Below are positions 53,465-64,000 of a stretch of DNA of 64,000 nucleotides, in pieces. The first letter of the stretch is position 1; each line of letters starts with the position of its first letter. This DNA comes from Amoebidium appalachense. Lineage: Eukaryota; Protista; Ichthyosporea. The DNA is taken from assembly GCA_963693365.1 (NCBI GenBank), contig CAVNZM010000001.1:13998418-14062417 (forward strand). Direction: 5' to 3'. A program made the position numbers and the translations under genes. The notes beneath the pieces were generated by a model that saw only the letters and a program-made list of their open reading frames with translations, searched no databases and was not told the origin of the DNA.

Positions 53465-54959
53465 ATGCACACACGCACACACACACACACATGCACATAC
53501 AACACACGCACAACACACAGAACACACTGGCTTATTTATTTTCCTTTTTCTAGGAACATTGCCCCTCCGGCCTTTCAAGACCATGATGAAATAGACCTAA
53601 CAGCACGTGCACACACAGAGAGGCCGCCAGTGAAAGCGGGGCAGAGCCGGCCGGCAGCGCGAAGGGGCACAAGCGCAGACACAGCAGTGACCATGGTGGC
53701 AGAAACGTGCGCAGTCGCTGTGATGGTCGGGAAAGTTCTGACCAACCTCTGCTTCTTGTCAACTGCAAGCCCCCGGCCGCAAGGGTGTGTGACCTGCTGT
53801 TTTGTTTTCTGTAAATGTTCTCGGTTTTCTATATGCAGTGGGAATTTGGGGAGGGGAGGGGAGGGGGGGGGGGGGGGGGGGGAGGAGCGAAAGGGGGAGA
53901 GGGGGGAGGGGGGGGGGGGGAAGATCGAGGGGGGGGGGGGAGGGGGGGGGGGAGGGTTGAGAAAGCAGATGTTGCACGGCAAAGAGAGAGGGGTTGGAGG
54001 ATTGTTGCAAGTTGGAAATATTGCATAGAGGAGCTTCTAGTATGGCACATTGATGCATGATGGTGTACTGACCTAACTGGGCTGCCTGTTTGTGTCTAGA
54101 CCTCGCCACATAAATGCATGATGTTGTCTTTTTGAGGGTGTATGTGGTTGGGTGCAGATGTATTTAGCCTGTGTGGGTGGTTCGTTTGCAATTGTATGTC
54201 GGCAGATGATCCTCTAATACTCTCTCTGCTACTCTGTACACTTATTCTCTCTCTTTCTCTTTTCTCCCTCCCCCCCCCCCCCCCCCCCCCCTCCCCCTCC
54301 ACCCTCCGCCCTCTCCCCCTCATTCTCTCCCATACTTCCTCACTCCCTCCCTCCTTCCAGTCCTTCCTCCCTTCCCTTCCCCCTCTCTCTGTGTATGTGT
54401 GTGCGTGTGCTGCGCGGGCATGTGTGTTTACCGTGTGTGTAGCAAACTTCTGATCCATACATGTTTTTGTGTGTGCAAATGTTAGCTAGGGGCAGCCACC
54501 CAGCCCTTGCCCAGAGTGGTGCATGTGCTGATTGACTTGGTGTGTGCAGGTGGACGACTGTGTGTGCTGGTGTGCCATTGTGGGGTCCAAGCTGGGTGTG
54601 ACCGTGACCCCCCTCAGCCATGGCTGTGTGCGCCTGTGTGCTGCCGGCATGGCCCCTGCAGCAGCGCCTTGGTCTGCCCATGAGCTGCAGGCAGCAGTCG
54701 TGAGGGCGCTGGGGGGGCAGGGACCCGTGGCGGGTGGTGGCACAGCTGTATGGACGGGCCAACGGCAAGGCCTCGTGGGGGCACGATGGGGCTTCAGGGC
54801 GCATGGTGGCTGAGGTTGTGCTGTGTGGTGGCGGGGGGCCGCTGCTGCCCGAGTTCTTCCACGGGCCCGACCTGCAGGCTGCCCTGGCCTGTGCCGAGGC
54901 CAGTGTGCCTCTTGGTGGCCCTCTCTCCACTCCTGGCATCCCCTACCTCCTGGACATCC
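51514..54959 (+). CDS. Divergent protein kinase with C-terminal extension; start and end uncertain, apparent frameshifts (possible pseudogene)
   Basis: Exon ~51514-51799 contains AQGSGSKIY, SVIKRM and EYFVIQKIAEHANIL. Exon 52330-53126 contains HMDCGLRNFLV, VKLIDFGLA, LMSSEE, KCDAWRFAL and DPAKRFTMSQV. Further exons lie at 53554-~53784 and probably 54550-54959. No clean in-frame ATG was found: the ATG at 51480 is followed by TAG. Confidence 0.75.
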
Positions 54960-55172
54960 GTACGCCCCCCCTTCCTCCCTCCCTGCCCCTAACTCTTTTC
55001 TCTCTCGAGCTCTCCCTTTGCGGGTTTGCTCTCCTCCCCCCTTTTCCCTAGTCATTTGTTATCTCCTTCTCAGTCTCTCTTCCTCTCCGTGGCTCTCGAT
55101 GCTCTCTCTGTAGAAGTCTCCCTCCACCCCACCCCCCAAAAAACCCCCTCCGCTCGATCTTGCTCTCTCTTT

Positions 55173-55218
<46 letters not shown>

Positions 55219-55269
55219 GAGCTCTCCCTCATCCCCCCCCCCCCCCCCTCTTGCTCCTTTCTCTCTAGA

Positions 55270-55322
<53 letters not shown>

Positions 55323-55328
55323 GTATGT

Positions 55329-55364
<36 letters not shown>

Positions 55365-56361
55365 GAGGCCCCTTCCCCCTCTCTTCTTGCCCGGCTGGTG
55401 TATTTTTCAGCTCACGCTCCTTTAGTATTTTTCTTCCATACCTTTCGTATGTCGTGTACTATATATGCCAGCTGTAGAATGATTTGGTACACAACACAAA
55501 GAGAAAAGGCTGTGCCATAGCCACTAGGGTGTTGCTTGAGTGAATGTTCCTTGCCAAGTTACTAAAGTATAGTGTTGGTGTCGTCTGCAAAAGAACTGCA
55601 GGAGCTGGGTATTTCTGGGGAGTCTTTTAGCAGTGGTTGGTACCGTTTAATTTAAGGCATTTTGGACACTGCTGTGAGTGCATGCAGAGGATGAAATTTC
55701 GCCAGATTTTGCCTTGAAAAAAGGGCAAAAAAAGGACTATCAGAACGAATCAGTGCACGGTCAACGATAACCCCTTGTTTAAACTTTGTTGTATATGGAT
55801 TTAGCAAAGTTGTGAATTTCGGGATATCATCATGATATGTATGTAACCCCAGTTTCGACTGCACATCAAACCTGCTGTCACGGTGCACGTAATTAACCGC
55901 GTGATCATGATGATACTATGATATTTGAGCCTGCTATAACTGTTACCACTGATGTTGACACGGATGGCATAGACTCATTACGTGCATTGTCAAAGCCAGA
56001 GGCAACACATACAAAATTAAATTAAGTGAATATTAATCAAGCCTTACTGAACTTAACAAGGATAATCATTGCAAGCATAAGTAAAGTGCAGCTAATTTAA
56101 ACTGGCTTCATTTTGTGTTCCATGGGGCTTACATAGGCGGTGGAGCACATACATGGCCAGCATCACACTACTATTTAAGGCCACATGCTGTCTAAATAAG
56201 TGCACCATGTGTTACCACATGCCGAGTCACGGTGCTCATCTTCCATTTGCACTGCCTGTGTGCACGATGTGAGATTAATTTCATATCATCGTACTGCTAT
56301 CTAAACTGCTGAAGTTATATAACAAAATCAACTAATATCATTATATTGCATATGAAGCTAA

Positions 56362-63532
<7,171 letters not shown>

Positions 63533-63773
63533 CTGCACCCACCAAGGAAAAAATAAGAAACACAAATTAATAGGGATGGAATCTGTAAATCCCATCCTAA
63601 ACCATCTCCCTTACTTCCTCCCACACTGTACCTCCCCCCCCCTTCCCCTCCCCCCCCCCCCCGCTTCCGAGAGAAGTGAGATTATGCATGCCCCATCTCC
63701 CCATTTTCTGTTTTAAGACATTTCACTTTTATCGCAGCCTTCAGTTTCTGTGTGCGCACGCGCGCTCGTGTAT

Positions 63774-63887
<114 letters not shown>

Positions 63888-64000
63888 GTGTGTGTGTGTG
63901 TGTGTGTGTGCGTGTGCGGGCACGGAATTCTGCTTCTTGCGTGCCGTGCCAATGTGTGCATGCATGTGCTGCTGCTACGTGCACCATGCAAATGTTGCAC

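Noticed and set aside
55650-55880. Transposon-like AT-rich segment starting TTAAGG (similar texture at 31540-31730 and 34040-34200)
   Set aside because: No matching second terminus or TSD could be identified.

Overview
This is eukaryotic, intron-rich genomic DNA. Introns are packed with poly-C/poly-G, (CA)n, (CT)n and poly-A tracts, so most ORFs in the supplied track are microsatellite noise. By hand-splicing GT-AG introns I can support these genes: a low-complexity ~520-aa protein (+, 8.5-10.1 kb); a 6-exon secreted TIMP/NTR-like plus VWC-like protein (-, 12.9-19.0 kb); a 7-exon stand-alone hydroxyethylthiazole kinase ThiM (+, 21.9-30.6 kb); an F-box/LRR gene (-, 34.9-36.4 kb); an 8-exon WBP4/FBP21-like zinc-finger splicing factor (-, 39.3-47.4 kb) head-to-head with ENY2/SUS1 (+, 49.8-50.1 kb); a divergent protein kinase with a tyrosine-kinase-type catalytic loop (+, 51.5-55 kb); and the 3' part of an ankyrin-repeat gene (-, 56.4 to >63.5 kb). 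The gene mix suggests a unicellular holozoan such as an ichthyosporean (inference only). The main unexplained signals are four. (1) A ~300-bp structured dispersed repeat has three near-identical copies and about nine relics; where a 3' end is visible it runs into poly-C rather than poly-A, and most copies lie sense within introns. (2) C-runs follow many 5' splice sites on the sense strand, and (CA)n tracts abut 3' splice sites. (3) About eight frame breaks are each repaired by removing exactly one base; this is probably insertion-biased sequencing error but is testable. (4) There are several MITE-like elements and a poly-C-spaced two-unit minisatellite. All alignments were made by eye and no database searches were run.
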